Positions 36,789 through 45,930 of a stretch of DNA of 64,000 nt are shown in pieces (positions within the stretch are counted from its first letter, which is position 1; every line of letters starts with the position of its first letter). The position numbers and the translations under genes were made by a program. Under the pieces are notes generated by a model. That model had not been told where the DNA came from and did no database searches. It worked only from the letters and a program-made list of their open reading frames with translations. The DNA lies in the NCBI GenBank assembly GCA_965116695.1, contig OZ220706.1, forward strand, positions 637,995-701,994. Reading direction: 5' to 3'. This DNA comes from Acidobacteriota bacterium (GTDB lineage Bacteria > Acidobacteriota > UBA6911 > RPQK01 > JAJDTT01).

Positions 36789-38026
36789 ATGGCGAACACG
36801 TCACAGTCGGTCATCATCGTCGGCGCCGGGATCGCCGGATTGAGCACCTCGTTCCATCTGGCCGACAAGGGTGTGCGGAAGGTCCTGCTCCTGGACAAGG
36901 GGCGGGTGGGCGACGGGTCCAGCAGCCGGTCGGGGGCCATCAACACCATGATGATGGCCACCGAAGGGGCCAGCCGGGCGCGAGGCGTCACCTTCGACAT
37001 CTTCGAGCGGTTCGACAAGATCCTGGAGAACTACGACTTTCACCAAGTGGGTTGCCTGAATCTCCTGAATGCCGAGCAGTTCGAAGGAGCCCGCCGGCTC
37101 CATCCCATGCACCGGCGCGCGGGAGCTCGATTCCAGGTGTGCGGCGGCGTGAAATCGAGGAACGGTTCCCCGATCTGCGGATCGGCGGCGACGAGTACGG
37201 CGTGCTGGACCTGCGCGGCGGCTACAGCGAGCCGGACCGCTATCTTCCCGCGCTCAGCGCCAAAGTCCGGGAAATGGGCGTGGAGATCCGGGATGGGGTG
37301 ACGGTCGAGGACTTCCTGGTGGAAGGCGGACGGGTCACGGGTGTCCGGACCCGGGAGGCGGGTACCTTGCGGGCGGACTCGGTGGTCTGCACCGTCAATG
37401 CCTGGGCCAACTCCCTGATGGCCCGGGCGGGTCAGCCGCTGGCGGTCCGCAACTTCGTTCACGAACGGTGGGTCACCAGGCCCTTGAGTCATCCGCCCCG
37501 GCTTCCGGCCACCAACGACGACGCCAAGGGCGTCTACTACCGTCCCACCGAGGATGATCGTGTTCTCCTGGGCACCGGCGCCCACGAGGCGGTTCAGATC
37601 GAGAGGCCCGGGCCCGACTTCCGGCTCACCGAGCTGGTCCCCGATCCCCGTTCCCTTCCCTTCATTCAGGAGGCGGTTCGGGACCGCCTGCCCCTGATTC
37701 AAGGCGTCGGGATCGACTACCACCGCGTGGGCCTGGTGAGCTACGCCTTGGACTTTCTGCCCAATATCGGTCCGGTGAACGCCCTGCCGGGACTCTATCT
37801 TGCCGTCACCTTCAACTCGGGCGGCTTCGGCTACCATCCCGTGGCCGGTTTTCTCCTGGCGGAATTCATGGTGGACGGACAGACGAGCATCGACGCGTCC
37901 GAATTCTCCCCGGACCGTTTTCTGGACTTCGACACCGAAGGTTACTTGGCCAAGACCGTCACTCACGGGCAGATGATCCGGGACCACGAGGCCCGGACGG
38001 CGCTTCCGGTGCGCAAGCGGCATTGA
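36789..38026 (+). pseudogene. FAD-dependent oxidoreductase (DAO family) split by a 1-nt frameshift near 37137-37142
   Basis: The N-terminal part (IIVGAGIAGLSTSFHLADKG) runs in one frame up to ...RRAGARFQV. The rest (RRREIEERFPDL ... NSGGFGYHP) continues in the adjacent frame. Adding one base in GTG-TGC restores ...GARFQV-x-RRREIEERFP, which aligns with the paralogue at 22264-23433 (GVEVRELSREDIRELAP). Confidence 0.75.
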
Positions 38027-38150
38027 TCCGGTTCCGATGTTGGGGAAGAGTTTCGCTATGGGTCCGGCCGGGTCTCCTCGTTGCGTCCTTCCGCCGAGCA
38101 GGACAGAATGTCGGCAACTGGCAGAACCTGCTTAGAGGGAGGAACCCGGA

Positions 38151-38894
38151 ATGAGCGACGGTCAGACCCATCACCAGCGCACCGGACTGGAGACGCGGCT
38201 CGAGAACGCCGTCATCGGTGAGGGTACCTTCATCGAGCCCGACGTCACCCTCGGATACCGGTATCACCGCGATTGCGGTCCGGCCCGGGTCGGCCGCCAC
38301 GGCATCCTGCGCCAAGGGACCGTCATTTACGGCGACACCCGGATCGGCGACTACTTCCAGACCGGTCTCTACGCGGTGATCCGGGCCAAGGTCGAAATCG
38401 GCGACTATTGCACCATCTTCAACCACTCGGTGGTGGAGGGGATCGTCCGGATGGGAAAAGGAGTGCGGGTCATGGCCCACACCTACATTCCCACCCGGAC
38501 CTGGTTCGGCGACAACGTTTTCGTGGGTCCGGGCGTCATTTTCCTGAACGACCGGGAGCCTTGCCGTTACGAAGTCATGCCCATGCCCCGCGGAGCCACC
38601 ATCGAAGACGAGGTCGTCATCGGCGGCGGTTGCACCATCCTTCCCGGGATCACCATCGGAGAGGGAAGCTTCATCGCCGCGGGGGCGGTGGTGCATCGCG
38701 ACGTTCCCAGGAAGAGCTTCGTCAAGGGGGTCCCCGGACGCGTGGAGCCCCTTCCGAGCAAGTTCGACATGCCCAACAACCTGGGCGTGATGAGACAGAA
38801 GATCGATTTGTGGCATCCTCTCACCGCCGATCTGGCCGCCGTCGACTGGCCGGAGCGGTGGGGGCCGGCCCCCGACTGGTCCGCGTCCGATTGA
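38151..38894 (+). CDS. Hexapeptide-repeat (left-handed beta-helix) acyltransferase
   Basis: Repeated [LIV]-G-x4 units (VIGEGTFIEPDV, RIGDYFQTG, EIGDYCTIF, VIGGGCTILPGITIGEGSFIAAGAVV). GAGGGAGGA RBS. Confidence 0.8.
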   Translation: MSDGQTHHQRTGLETRLENAVIGEGTFIEPDVTLGYRYHRDCGPARVGRHGILRQGTVIYGDTRIGDYFQTGLYAVIRAKVEIGDYCTIFNHSVVEGIVRMGKGVRVMAHTYIPTRTWFGDNVFVGPGVIFLNDREPCRYEVMPMPRGATIEDEVVIGGGCTILPGITIGEGSFIAAGAVVHRDVPRKSFVKGVPGRVEPLPSKFDMPNNLGVMRQKIDLWHPLTADLAAVDWPERWGPAPDWSASD

Positions 38895-38939
38895 GGATCC
38901 GCCCGGGTCCGGCGTTCCGGCCGAGGAGACAAAGGAGAC

Positions 38940-40211
38940 ATGAACAAGACACCGGTCCTGCTCCTGGCCGCCTGCTTTTGCAGCGTCTCGCTGTCCGGCA
39001 ACTGGCCCGACTACCGGGGCCCGAGCCGGGACGGCGTCTCCGAAGTCGCAAGCCTGCCCCTGCGTTGGAGCGAGACGCTCAACGTTCGCTGGAAGACGCC
39101 CATTCACGGCCGTGCCTGGTCCTCTCCCGTGATCTGGGGAAAACAGGTCTGGCTCACCACCGCCACGGAGGACGGCAAGGAGCTCTCCGTGCTGTGCATC
39201 GATCGCGACAGCGGAGAGGTCCTCCTGGACCGCAAGCTCTTCGACGTCGCCAAACCTCGTCCCCTGAGCAACGCCGTCAACACCTATGCCAGTCCCTCGC
39301 CCACCATCGAGGAGGACCGGGTGTATGTCCATTTCGGAAGTTACGGGACCGCCTGTCTGGACACGGACACCTTCCAGGTCATCTGGGCACGAAGGGACCT
39401 CCCCTGTGACCATTGGCGCGGCCCGGCCTCTTCGCCCGTGCTCTGGGAGGACCTCCTTTTCCTGCACATGGACGGCGCCGACGTCCAGTACGTGGCGGCT
39501 CTGGACAAGAAAACGGGCTTCAACCGGTGGGTGACCTTCCGCTCGGTCGACTACGGAGACCTGGAGGAGAACGGCCGCCCGCGCATGTCCGGTGACTTCC
39601 GCAAGGCCTACAACACGCCGCTGGTGATCGAGTTCCAGGGAGAGCCGCAACTCATCAGCCCCAGCGCCAAGGGAGCCTACGGCTACGATCCCCGCACCGG
39701 ACGCGAAATCTGGCAGATTCGCCACGGGGGTCACTCGTCGGCGCCACGGACCCTCTACTCAAACGGGCAAGTCGGGATCGGCACCGGGTACATCGGGAGC
39801 GCGGCCCAGCTCTGGGCGGTCCGTCTCGGCGGCCAGGGCGACGTGACCGAATCCCACGTCGCCTGGAAGTACGCCCGCGGCGTTCCGAAGCACTCTTCGC
39901 CGGTTCTGGTCGAGGGGCGGGTCTACATGATGAGCAACGACGGAATCGCCACCTGCCTCGACTTCAAGACCGGACGAGAGATCTGGAAGAAGCGGATCGG
40001 CGGTCAGCACTCCGCCTCGGTCCTCTATGCCGGAGGGCGGATCCACTTCTTCGACGAGGAGGGCGTCACCACCATCGTCCAACCCGGAAGGACGCCGGAA
40101 GTCCTGGCTCGAAACCAGCTGGACGACGGATTCATGGCTTCGCCAGCGGTCGCAGACGGAGCCCTCTTCCTGCGTACGAAGACGCACCTCTACCGGATTC
40201 AGGGAAGATGA
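38940..40211 (+). CDS. PQQ-like beta-propeller repeat protein, secreted (tandem paralogue 1)
   Basis: Signal peptide then NWPDYRGP. Repeated W/beta-strand units characteristic of BamB/PQQ-like propellers. Confidence 0.8.
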   Translation: MNKTPVLLLAACFCSVSLSGNWPDYRGPSRDGVSEVASLPLRWSETLNVRWKTPIHGRAWSSPVIWGKQVWLTTATEDGKELSVLCIDRDSGEVLLDRKLFDVAKPRPLSNAVNTYASPSPTIEEDRVYVHFGSYGTACLDTDTFQVIWARRDLPCDHWRGPASSPVLWEDLLFLHMDGADVQYVAALDKKTGFNRWVTFRSVDYGDLEENGRPRMSGDFRKAYNTPLVIEFQGEPQLISPSAKGAYGYDPRTGREIWQIRHGGHSSAPRTLYSNGQVGIGTGYIGSAAQLWAVRLGGQGDVTESHVAWKYARGVPKHSSPVLVEGRVYMMSNDGIATCLDFKTGREIWKKRIGGQHSASVLYAGGRIHFFDEEGVTTIVQPGRTPEVLARNQLDDGFMASPAVADGALFLRTKTHLYRIQGR

Positions 40212-41485
40212 GCCAAGAGAAAAGGATTCCGATCCTGCTTTTGGCCGCATGCTTTTCGAGCGTGGCCACGTTCGGAAACTGGCCCGACTATCGAGGTCCC
40301 GGCGGGAACGGCAGATCCGCCGCCGCGAACCTCCCTCTGCGCTGGAGCGAGACGCTCAACGTTCGATGGATGACGCCGATTCACGGCCGCGGCTGGTCTT
40401 CGCCCGTGATCCACGGGAAACAAGTCTGGCTCACCACCGCCACGGAGGATGGAAAAGAACTCTCCGTTTTGTGCGTCGACCGGAACAGCGGACGCATCCT
40501 GCTGGATCGGAAGCTCTTCGACGTCGCCAGACCTCGTCCCCTGAGCAACCCGGACAATTCCTATGCCAGTCCCTCCCCGACCATCGAGGAGGGCCGGGTC
40601 TATATCCATTTCGGGAGCTATGGGACCGCCTGTCTCGACACCGGGACTTTCGAGGTTCTCTGGGAACGCCGGGACCTGCCCTGCGACCACTGGCGCGGCC
40701 CGGCCTCATCTCCCTATCTCTGGGAGGACCTCCTCTTCCTGAATATGGACGGCGCCGACGTCCAGTACGTGGCGGCTCTGGACAAGGCGACCGGCGCCAA
40801 CCGGTGGGTGACGTTTCGATCGGTGGACTTCGGAGACCTGGAGGAGGACGGCCGCCCACGCGCATCCGGAGACTTCCGCAAGGCCTACAATACGCCGCTG
40901 GTGGTCGATTTCCAGGGCGAGCCGCAACTCATCAGTCCCGGCGCAAAAGGGGCCTATGGATACGATCCTCGAACCGGACGCGAGATCTGGCAGATTCGCC
41001 ACACCGGTCACTCCTCGGCGCCCAGGACCCTTTACGCCGGCGGGCAGGTCGGTATCGCCACGGGGCACATCGGCGGGACGGCGCAACTTTGGGCGGTCCG
41101 GCTCGGCGGCCGGGGCGACGTGACCGAAACGCATGTCGCCTGGAAACACGCCCGCGGCGCTCCCAAGCGCTCCTCCCCGGTTCTGGTCGAGGGGCGGGTC
41201 TACATGGTGAGCAACGACGGGATCGCCACTTGCATCGACTTCAAGAGTGGTGAGGAGATCTGGAAGGAACGAATCGGGGGTCTCCACTCTTCCTCGGTGC
41301 TCTATGCCAGCGGACGGATCCACTTCTTTGACGAGGACGGCGTCGCCACCCTCATCCGCCCGGGCGATACTCTGGAAATCCTTGCGCGAAACCAGCTGGA
41401 TGACGGTTTCATGGCGTCTCCGGCGGTTTCGGACGGAGCGCTCTTCCTGCGTACGACGACTCATCTTTACCGGATCCAGGAGTAG
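40208..41485 (+). CDS. PQQ-like beta-propeller repeat protein, secreted (tandem paralogue 2)
   Basis: Collinear with the upstream paralogue with very high identity by eye (for example LPLRWSETLNVRW, WLTTATEDGKELSVLC, DHWRGPASSP identical). ATGA overlap with paralogue 1. Confidence 0.8.
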   Translation: MSQEKRIPILLLAACFSSVATFGNWPDYRGPGGNGRSAAANLPLRWSETLNVRWMTPIHGRGWSSPVIHGKQVWLTTATEDGKELSVLCVDRNSGRILLDRKLFDVARPRPLSNPDNSYASPSPTIEEGRVYIHFGSYGTACLDTGTFEVLWERRDLPCDHWRGPASSPYLWEDLLFLNMDGADVQYVAALDKATGANRWVTFRSVDFGDLEEDGRPRASGDFRKAYNTPLVVDFQGEPQLISPGAKGAYGYDPRTGREIWQIRHTGHSSAPRTLYAGGQVGIATGHIGGTAQLWAVRLGGRGDVTETHVAWKHARGAPKRSSPVLVEGRVYMVSNDGIATCIDFKSGEEIWKERIGGLHSSSVLYASGRIHFFDEDGVATLIRPGDTLEILARNQLDDGFMASPAVSDGALFLRTTTHLYRIQE

Positions 41486-41532
41486 CGGATGGGATTCGTC
41501 GGGGGCTCTGGTCGCCTGCCTTCGGATCAGGA

Positions 41533-41621
41533 GTGTAAAGGGGGGACTGCCGGCTCCTCTACCCTCCCGGGCGGCGACAGGAAAGTCGCCGCTCCAGTCG
41601 GCGCGTGAAACGCGCCGCTCC
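41533..41621. repeat. Intergenic repeat element, copy A: GTGTAAAGGGGGGACTGCCG head plus two hairpin-GCTCC units
   Basis: GGCGAC-aggaaa-GTCGCC-GCTCC (41573-41595) and GGCGCG-tgaaa-CGCGCC-GCTCC (41600-41621). The head is near-identical to 54741-54760. Confidence 0.6.
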
Positions 41622-41719
41622 GCCTTGTATTTTTCAGCATTGCTCGTAGTAGACTGAGCGCCACCGGCGCCGGGTGTTCATTCCCGAATGCCGCCGAGTC
41701 GAGCCGACGGAGGAGCAAC

Positions 41720-43123
41720 GTGAGTCAAAAGCGAATCGTCTACCCCTACATCCCCAATTCGGTCCCGGAGATCAAGGCCCGGATGCTAAAGGAAGTGGGC
41801 GCCCGGGACATCATGGATCTCTACGCCGAGATCCCCGACGATTTGATCCTGAAGCGGAAGATGGACCTCCCCGAGCCGATCCTGGACGAGTACTCCCTGA
41901 AGCGGCACCTGGAGGAGATCCTGGACCGGAACCGGAACTGCGACGACCACCTGAATTTCCTGGGAGCCGGTTGCGCGCAGCATCACGTCCCGGCCGTCTG
42001 CGACGAGATCAGCAGCCGGGGCGAGTTCGTGACGGCGTACGTGGGCGAGCCGTACGCCGACCATGGGAAGTGGCAGGCCCTCTTCGAGTACGCCAGCCTC
42101 ATGGGAGAGCTGCTGGACATGGACGTCCTGAGCTGTCCCCTCTACGACGGTCCGGCCGCCGCGGCCACGTCGCTGCGGATGGCCTCCCGGACCACCGGCC
42201 GGAGCGAGGTGCTGGTTCCCGGGTCCGCGAGTCCGGATCTGATGGGGGTGGTCCGCAATTACCTGGGTGGCATCGGCGGACCGCAGGTTTCCATCCGGAC
42301 AGTCGGTTTCGATCCCGGCTCCGGCCTGCTGGACCTGGATCAACTGCGGTCCGCCATCTCCTCGAGCACGGCGGCGGTCCTCATCGAGAATCCCGGTTAC
42401 CTGGGCAACATCGAGACCCGGGCCGAGGAGATCGGGGAGATCGCCCGCAACGCCGGGGCCGAGTTCGTCGTCTACACCGACCCCATATCCCTGGGTGTGC
42501 TGGCGCCTCCCGCCCACTACGGCGGGACCTTCGCCTGCGGAGACTTCCAGCCCTTGGGAATGCACATCCAGTGCGGCGGCGGACAGGGCGGCTTCATCGC
42601 CACCCACGACGACATGCGGTACGTGGCCGAGTTCAAGGACCTCATGTTCGGCATCACCGAGACCGTGCAAAAGGGGGAGTGGGGTTTCGGCGAGGTGCTC
42701 TTCGACCGCACCTCCTACGGTTCCCGGGAACAGGGCAAGGAGTACACGGGAACCACCACCGGACTCTGGGCCATCACGGCCGGCGTCTACCTGGCGCTGA
42801 TGGGTCCCAAGGGCATGGAGGAGATCGGCCGGACCATCCTCCAGAAGTCGCAGTACGCCGCCCGGGAGATGGCCCGGATTCCGGGGGTCCGGGTCGCATC
42901 GGAGACGCCGTTCTTCAAGGAGTTCGTCGTGAACTTCGACGCGACCGGCAAGAGCGTCGGTGAGGTCAACGCCGCGCTCCTGGATCAAAAGATCTTCGGG
43001 GGCAAGGACCTGTCGAGGGAATTTCCCGAGTTGGGCCAGAGCGCCCTCTATTGCGTGACCGAGAGAATCACCCAGAACGACATCGACACGCTGGTTCAGG
43101 CCCTGGACGAGTGCTGCAGCTGA
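41720..43123 (+). CDS. gcvPA: Glycine dehydrogenase (aminomethyl-transferring) subunit 1-like (GcvPA)
   Basis: YPYIPNSVPEIKARMLKEVG N-terminus, typical of split P-protein subunit 1. GTG start with GGAGGAG RBS. Confidence 0.8.
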   Translation: MSQKRIVYPYIPNSVPEIKARMLKEVGARDIMDLYAEIPDDLILKRKMDLPEPILDEYSLKRHLEEILDRNRNCDDHLNFLGAGCAQHHVPAVCDEISSRGEFVTAYVGEPYADHGKWQALFEYASLMGELLDMDVLSCPLYDGPAAAATSLRMASRTTGRSEVLVPGSASPDLMGVVRNYLGGIGGPQVSIRTVGFDPGSGLLDLDQLRSAISSSTAAVLIENPGYLGNIETRAEEIGEIARNAGAEFVVYTDPISLGVLAPPAHYGGTFACGDFQPLGMHIQCGGGQGGFIATHDDMRYVAEFKDLMFGITETVQKGEWGFGEVLFDRTSYGSREQGKEYTGTTTGLWAITAGVYLALMGPKGMEEIGRTILQKSQYAAREMARIPGVRVASETPFFKEFVVNFDATGKSVGEVNAALLDQKIFGGKDLSREFPELGQSALYCVTERITQNDIDTLVQALDECCS

Positions 43124-43174
43124 ATCAGGATCCGGCGAACGGAGGATTCCGGAACCGGGAAGGAGATCGGGACC

Positions 43175-44749
43175 ATGGGCAGAGACCGTGAGACGTTGCT
43201 CAGGAAATACCATCAGGCTCGATGGGACGAGGAGATCATCTGCGAAATGCACGTGCCCGGGGAACGGGGAATCCTGGTTCCCGAGGCGGAGGCCGGCATC
43301 CAGGAAGCAGTTGGAGACGGAACCTCCCGGATTCCGGAGAACCTGAGACGAAAGCGCCCGCCGGCCCTGCCGGAAATCAACCAGATGCGGGTGAACCGCC
43401 ATTACATGCGGCTCTCCCAGGAAACCCTGGGGACCGACGTCAACATCGACATCAGCCAGGGCACCTGCACCATGAAGTACAGCCCCAAGATCCAGGAGCA
43501 CGTGGCCACCCGAAACCCGGGCATGGCCGAGGTCCATCCCCTGCAGGACGAGAGCACGATTCAGGGCATCCTTCACGTCTACTACCAGTTCGAGCAGTTC
43601 CTGAAGGAGATCTCGGGCATGGACCGGTTCAGCTTCCAGCCCGGAGGGGGAGCCCAGGGGGTCTTCACCAACGCCTCCATGGTGCGCGCCTACCACGCCT
43701 CCCGAGGCGATCACCAGCGGGACGAGGTAATCACGACCATGTTCTCCCACCCTTGCGACGCGGCCACCGGCGCCACCGCCGGCTACAAGGTCGTCACCCT
43801 GATGCCGGACGACACCGGCTATCCGCATGTGGACGCCATGAAGGCGGCCGTCTCCGAGCGGACGGCGGGCATCTTCATCACCAATCCGGAAGACACGGGC
43901 CTCTACAACCCGCAGATCAAGGAATTCGTCGACATCGCCCACGGCGCGGGCGCCCTCTGCAGCTACGATCAGGCCAACGCCAACGGGCTACTGGGGATCA
44001 CGCGAGCGAAAGAGGCGGGCTTCGATCTCTGCCACTTCAACGTCCACAAGACCTTCTCCATGCCCCACGCCTGCATGGGTCCCGCCATCGGCGCCGTCGG
44101 CGTGGTGGACGAGTTGAAGCGTTATCTTCCCCTGCCCCGGGTCGAATTCGACGGCGAACGCTACACCTTGGACTACCAGGGCGAACCGGAGAGCATCGGC
44201 CGGGTCCGTTCCTTTCTGGGAAACGCCCAGGGAGTCCTCAAGGCCTACGCCTGGATCATGCAGCTCGGCGCCGACGGGTTGCGGGAAGTGGCCGAGTGCT
44301 CCGTCCTCAACAACAACTACATGTTGAAGAAGCTGAGCGAGGTGCCGGGGGTCGTCATCCAGTACTCGGAGGAAAAGCGGCGCCTGGAGCAGGTGCGCTA
44401 CAGTTGGGGCAAGCTGAACCGGGATACGGGCGTCGGAACCGACGACATCAACCGCAGAATCGCCGACTATGGCATCCAGCACTACTGGCCCAGCCATCAC
44501 CCCTGGATCGTCCCCGAGCCCTTCACCCTGGAGCCGTGCGAGTCCTATTCCAAGGATGACATCGACGAGTATGTGGCCGTATTGCGCCAGATCTCCAAGG
44601 AAGCCTACGAGAACCCGGAACTGGTCAAGAGCGCGCCGCATAATTCGGCGATTCACAAGGTCCCGGCGCCCAGCATCGACGAGCCCGAGCGGATCGCGGT
44701 GACCTGGCGCCAGTACGTGAAGAAACAAGCCGCCAAGAACTCCGGGTAA
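43175..44749 (+). CDS. gcvPB: Glycine dehydrogenase (aminomethyl-transferring) subunit 2-like (GcvPB), PLP-dependent
   Basis: Family-typical LPEINQMRVNRHYMRLSQ and HFNVHKTFSMPH (PLP-lysine region). AAGGAGA RBS. Confidence 0.85.
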   Translation: MGRDRETLLRKYHQARWDEEIICEMHVPGERGILVPEAEAGIQEAVGDGTSRIPENLRRKRPPALPEINQMRVNRHYMRLSQETLGTDVNIDISQGTCTMKYSPKIQEHVATRNPGMAEVHPLQDESTIQGILHVYYQFEQFLKEISGMDRFSFQPGGGAQGVFTNASMVRAYHASRGDHQRDEVITTMFSHPCDAATGATAGYKVVTLMPDDTGYPHVDAMKAAVSERTAGIFITNPEDTGLYNPQIKEFVDIAHGAGALCSYDQANANGLLGITRAKEAGFDLCHFNVHKTFSMPHACMGPAIGAVGVVDELKRYLPLPRVEFDGERYTLDYQGEPESIGRVRSFLGNAQGVLKAYAWIMQLGADGLREVAECSVLNNNYMLKKLSEVPGVVIQYSEEKRRLEQVRYSWGKLNRDTGVGTDDINRRIADYGIQHYWPSHHPWIVPEPFTLEPCESYSKDDIDEYVAVLRQISKEAYENPELVKSAPHNSAIHKVPAPSIDEPERIAVTWRQYVKKQAAKNSG

Positions 44750-45873
44750 TGCCTCGGCGCACTCTCGGCGTCATCGTCAATCCCGTCGCCGGCATGGGCG
44801 GCCGGGTGGGGCTCAAGGGGAGCGACGGGGTCGAGATCCTGCGCCGCGCCCGCGAGTTGGGGGCCCGGCCCGAGGCCCCGGGACGGATGGCCCAGGCGCT
44901 CGACGCCGTCGCCGAATTCAAGGACCACGCCCGCGTTCTCACCTACCCCGGCCAGATGGGCGAGGAGTCCTGCGCCCTGGCGGGTCTCCCGGCCGCCGTC
45001 ATCGGACGCACCGGAGGCGAACAGACGACTCCCGAAGACACTCGGCGGGCGGCCCGCGAGATGGCGGCTGCCGGCGCCGACCTGATTCTCTTCGCCGGCG
45101 GGGATGGAACCGCCCGCGACCTCTACCACGCCGTCGGTGAGAAGGTGCCGGTCCTGGGGGTACCCGCGGGCGTCAAGATTCACTCGGCGGTCTACGCCGT
45201 GACTCCCCGGAGCGCCGGCGAGCTGGTGGTCCTCTGGCTGCAGCGCCGTCTGCTGCGAATGCGCTCCTCCGAAGTCATGGACATCGACGAGGAGGCCTTC
45301 CGGGCGGGCGTGGTCCGGGCCAAGCTCTACGGATACCTTCGGGTCCCGGAAGAGAACCGGTTCGTGCAGAACGTGAAGGCGGGAGGGGTCGTCCACGAGG
45401 CGGAAGCCCTCCAGGGAATCTGCGCGGAGGTTCTGCGAGCCATGGAAGACCCGGACTGTATCTTCGCCGTGGGACCGGGGACCACCACGCGGGGCATTCT
45501 CCAGGCCTTGGAGCTCGAGAACACGCTGCTGGGCGTGGACGTGGTGCGGAACAGGAAGCTGCTGGCCAACGACGTCACCGCGCACCAACTCCGGGAACTG
45601 GTCGACGGGCACAGGGCAAAGGTCGTGGTGACGGCCATCGGTGGCCAGGGGCATATCCTGGGCCGGGGCAATCAGCAGATCAGTCCGGAGGTCATCCGCC
45701 AGGTGGGCCGGGAGAATCTGCTGATCATCGCCACCAAGGAGAAGCTCGTATCCCTAGGGGGGCGACCGTTGCTGGTGGATACGGGCGACGCGGCCCTGGA
45801 CCAGGAAATCTCCGGCTACACGCGGATCATCACCGGGTACGGGGACTACGTCATCTACAAGGTGGGTTACTGA
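44749..45873 (+). CDS. ATP-NAD kinase family protein (AcoX-like)
   Basis: GVIVNPVAGMGG and FAGGDGT motifs of the NAD-kinase/diacylglycerol-kinase-like fold. The start overlaps the gcvPB stop (TAATG). Confidence 0.8.
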   Translation: MPRRTLGVIVNPVAGMGGRVGLKGSDGVEILRRARELGARPEAPGRMAQALDAVAEFKDHARVLTYPGQMGEESCALAGLPAAVIGRTGGEQTTPEDTRRAAREMAAAGADLILFAGGDGTARDLYHAVGEKVPVLGVPAGVKIHSAVYAVTPRSAGELVVLWLQRRLLRMRSSEVMDIDEEAFRAGVVRAKLYGYLRVPEENRFVQNVKAGGVVHEAEALQGICAEVLRAMEDPDCIFAVGPGTTTRGILQALELENTLLGVDVVRNRKLLANDVTAHQLRELVDGHRAKVVVTAIGGQGHILGRGNQQISPEVIRQVGRENLLIIATKEKLVSLGGRPLLVDTGDAALDQEISGYTRIITGYGDYVIYKVGY

Positions 45874-45930
45874 CAGATATGGAATGTCCGCAAGAGTCGT
45901 GCCGACGGATGAACAAAGATGGCTGTCCCG

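Noticed and set aside
37131-37150. Programmed ribosomal frameshift in the FAD oxidoreductase
   Set aside because: There is no slippery heptamer and no obvious downstream stimulatory structure at the junction (TTCCAGGTGTGCGGCGGCGT). A simple 1-nt indel, either a mutation or an assembly error, is more parsimonious.
41622-41719. Possible glycine riboswitch upstream of gcvPA
   Set aside because: I could not find the conserved aptamer cores (GGAGAG ... CACCGAAGGGGCAA ... CTCAGGCAAAAGGAC-like). The only loose resemblance is CACCGGCGCCGGG. A covariance-model scan would be needed to be certain.
41786-43942. Very long ORFs antisense to or overlapping confident genes. Examples: 41786-43942 (718 aa), 49981-51975, 52027-53799, 23511-25499, 25652-27634, 37959-39734, 20451-22370, 16374-18050, 14418-16070 and 10628-12046.
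   Set aside because: Their translations are Arg/Gly/Pro/His-rich and low-complexity, with no recognisable motifs. Each lies opposite or out of frame to a gene with clear family signatures. This is the typical shadow-ORF artefact of high-GC DNA.
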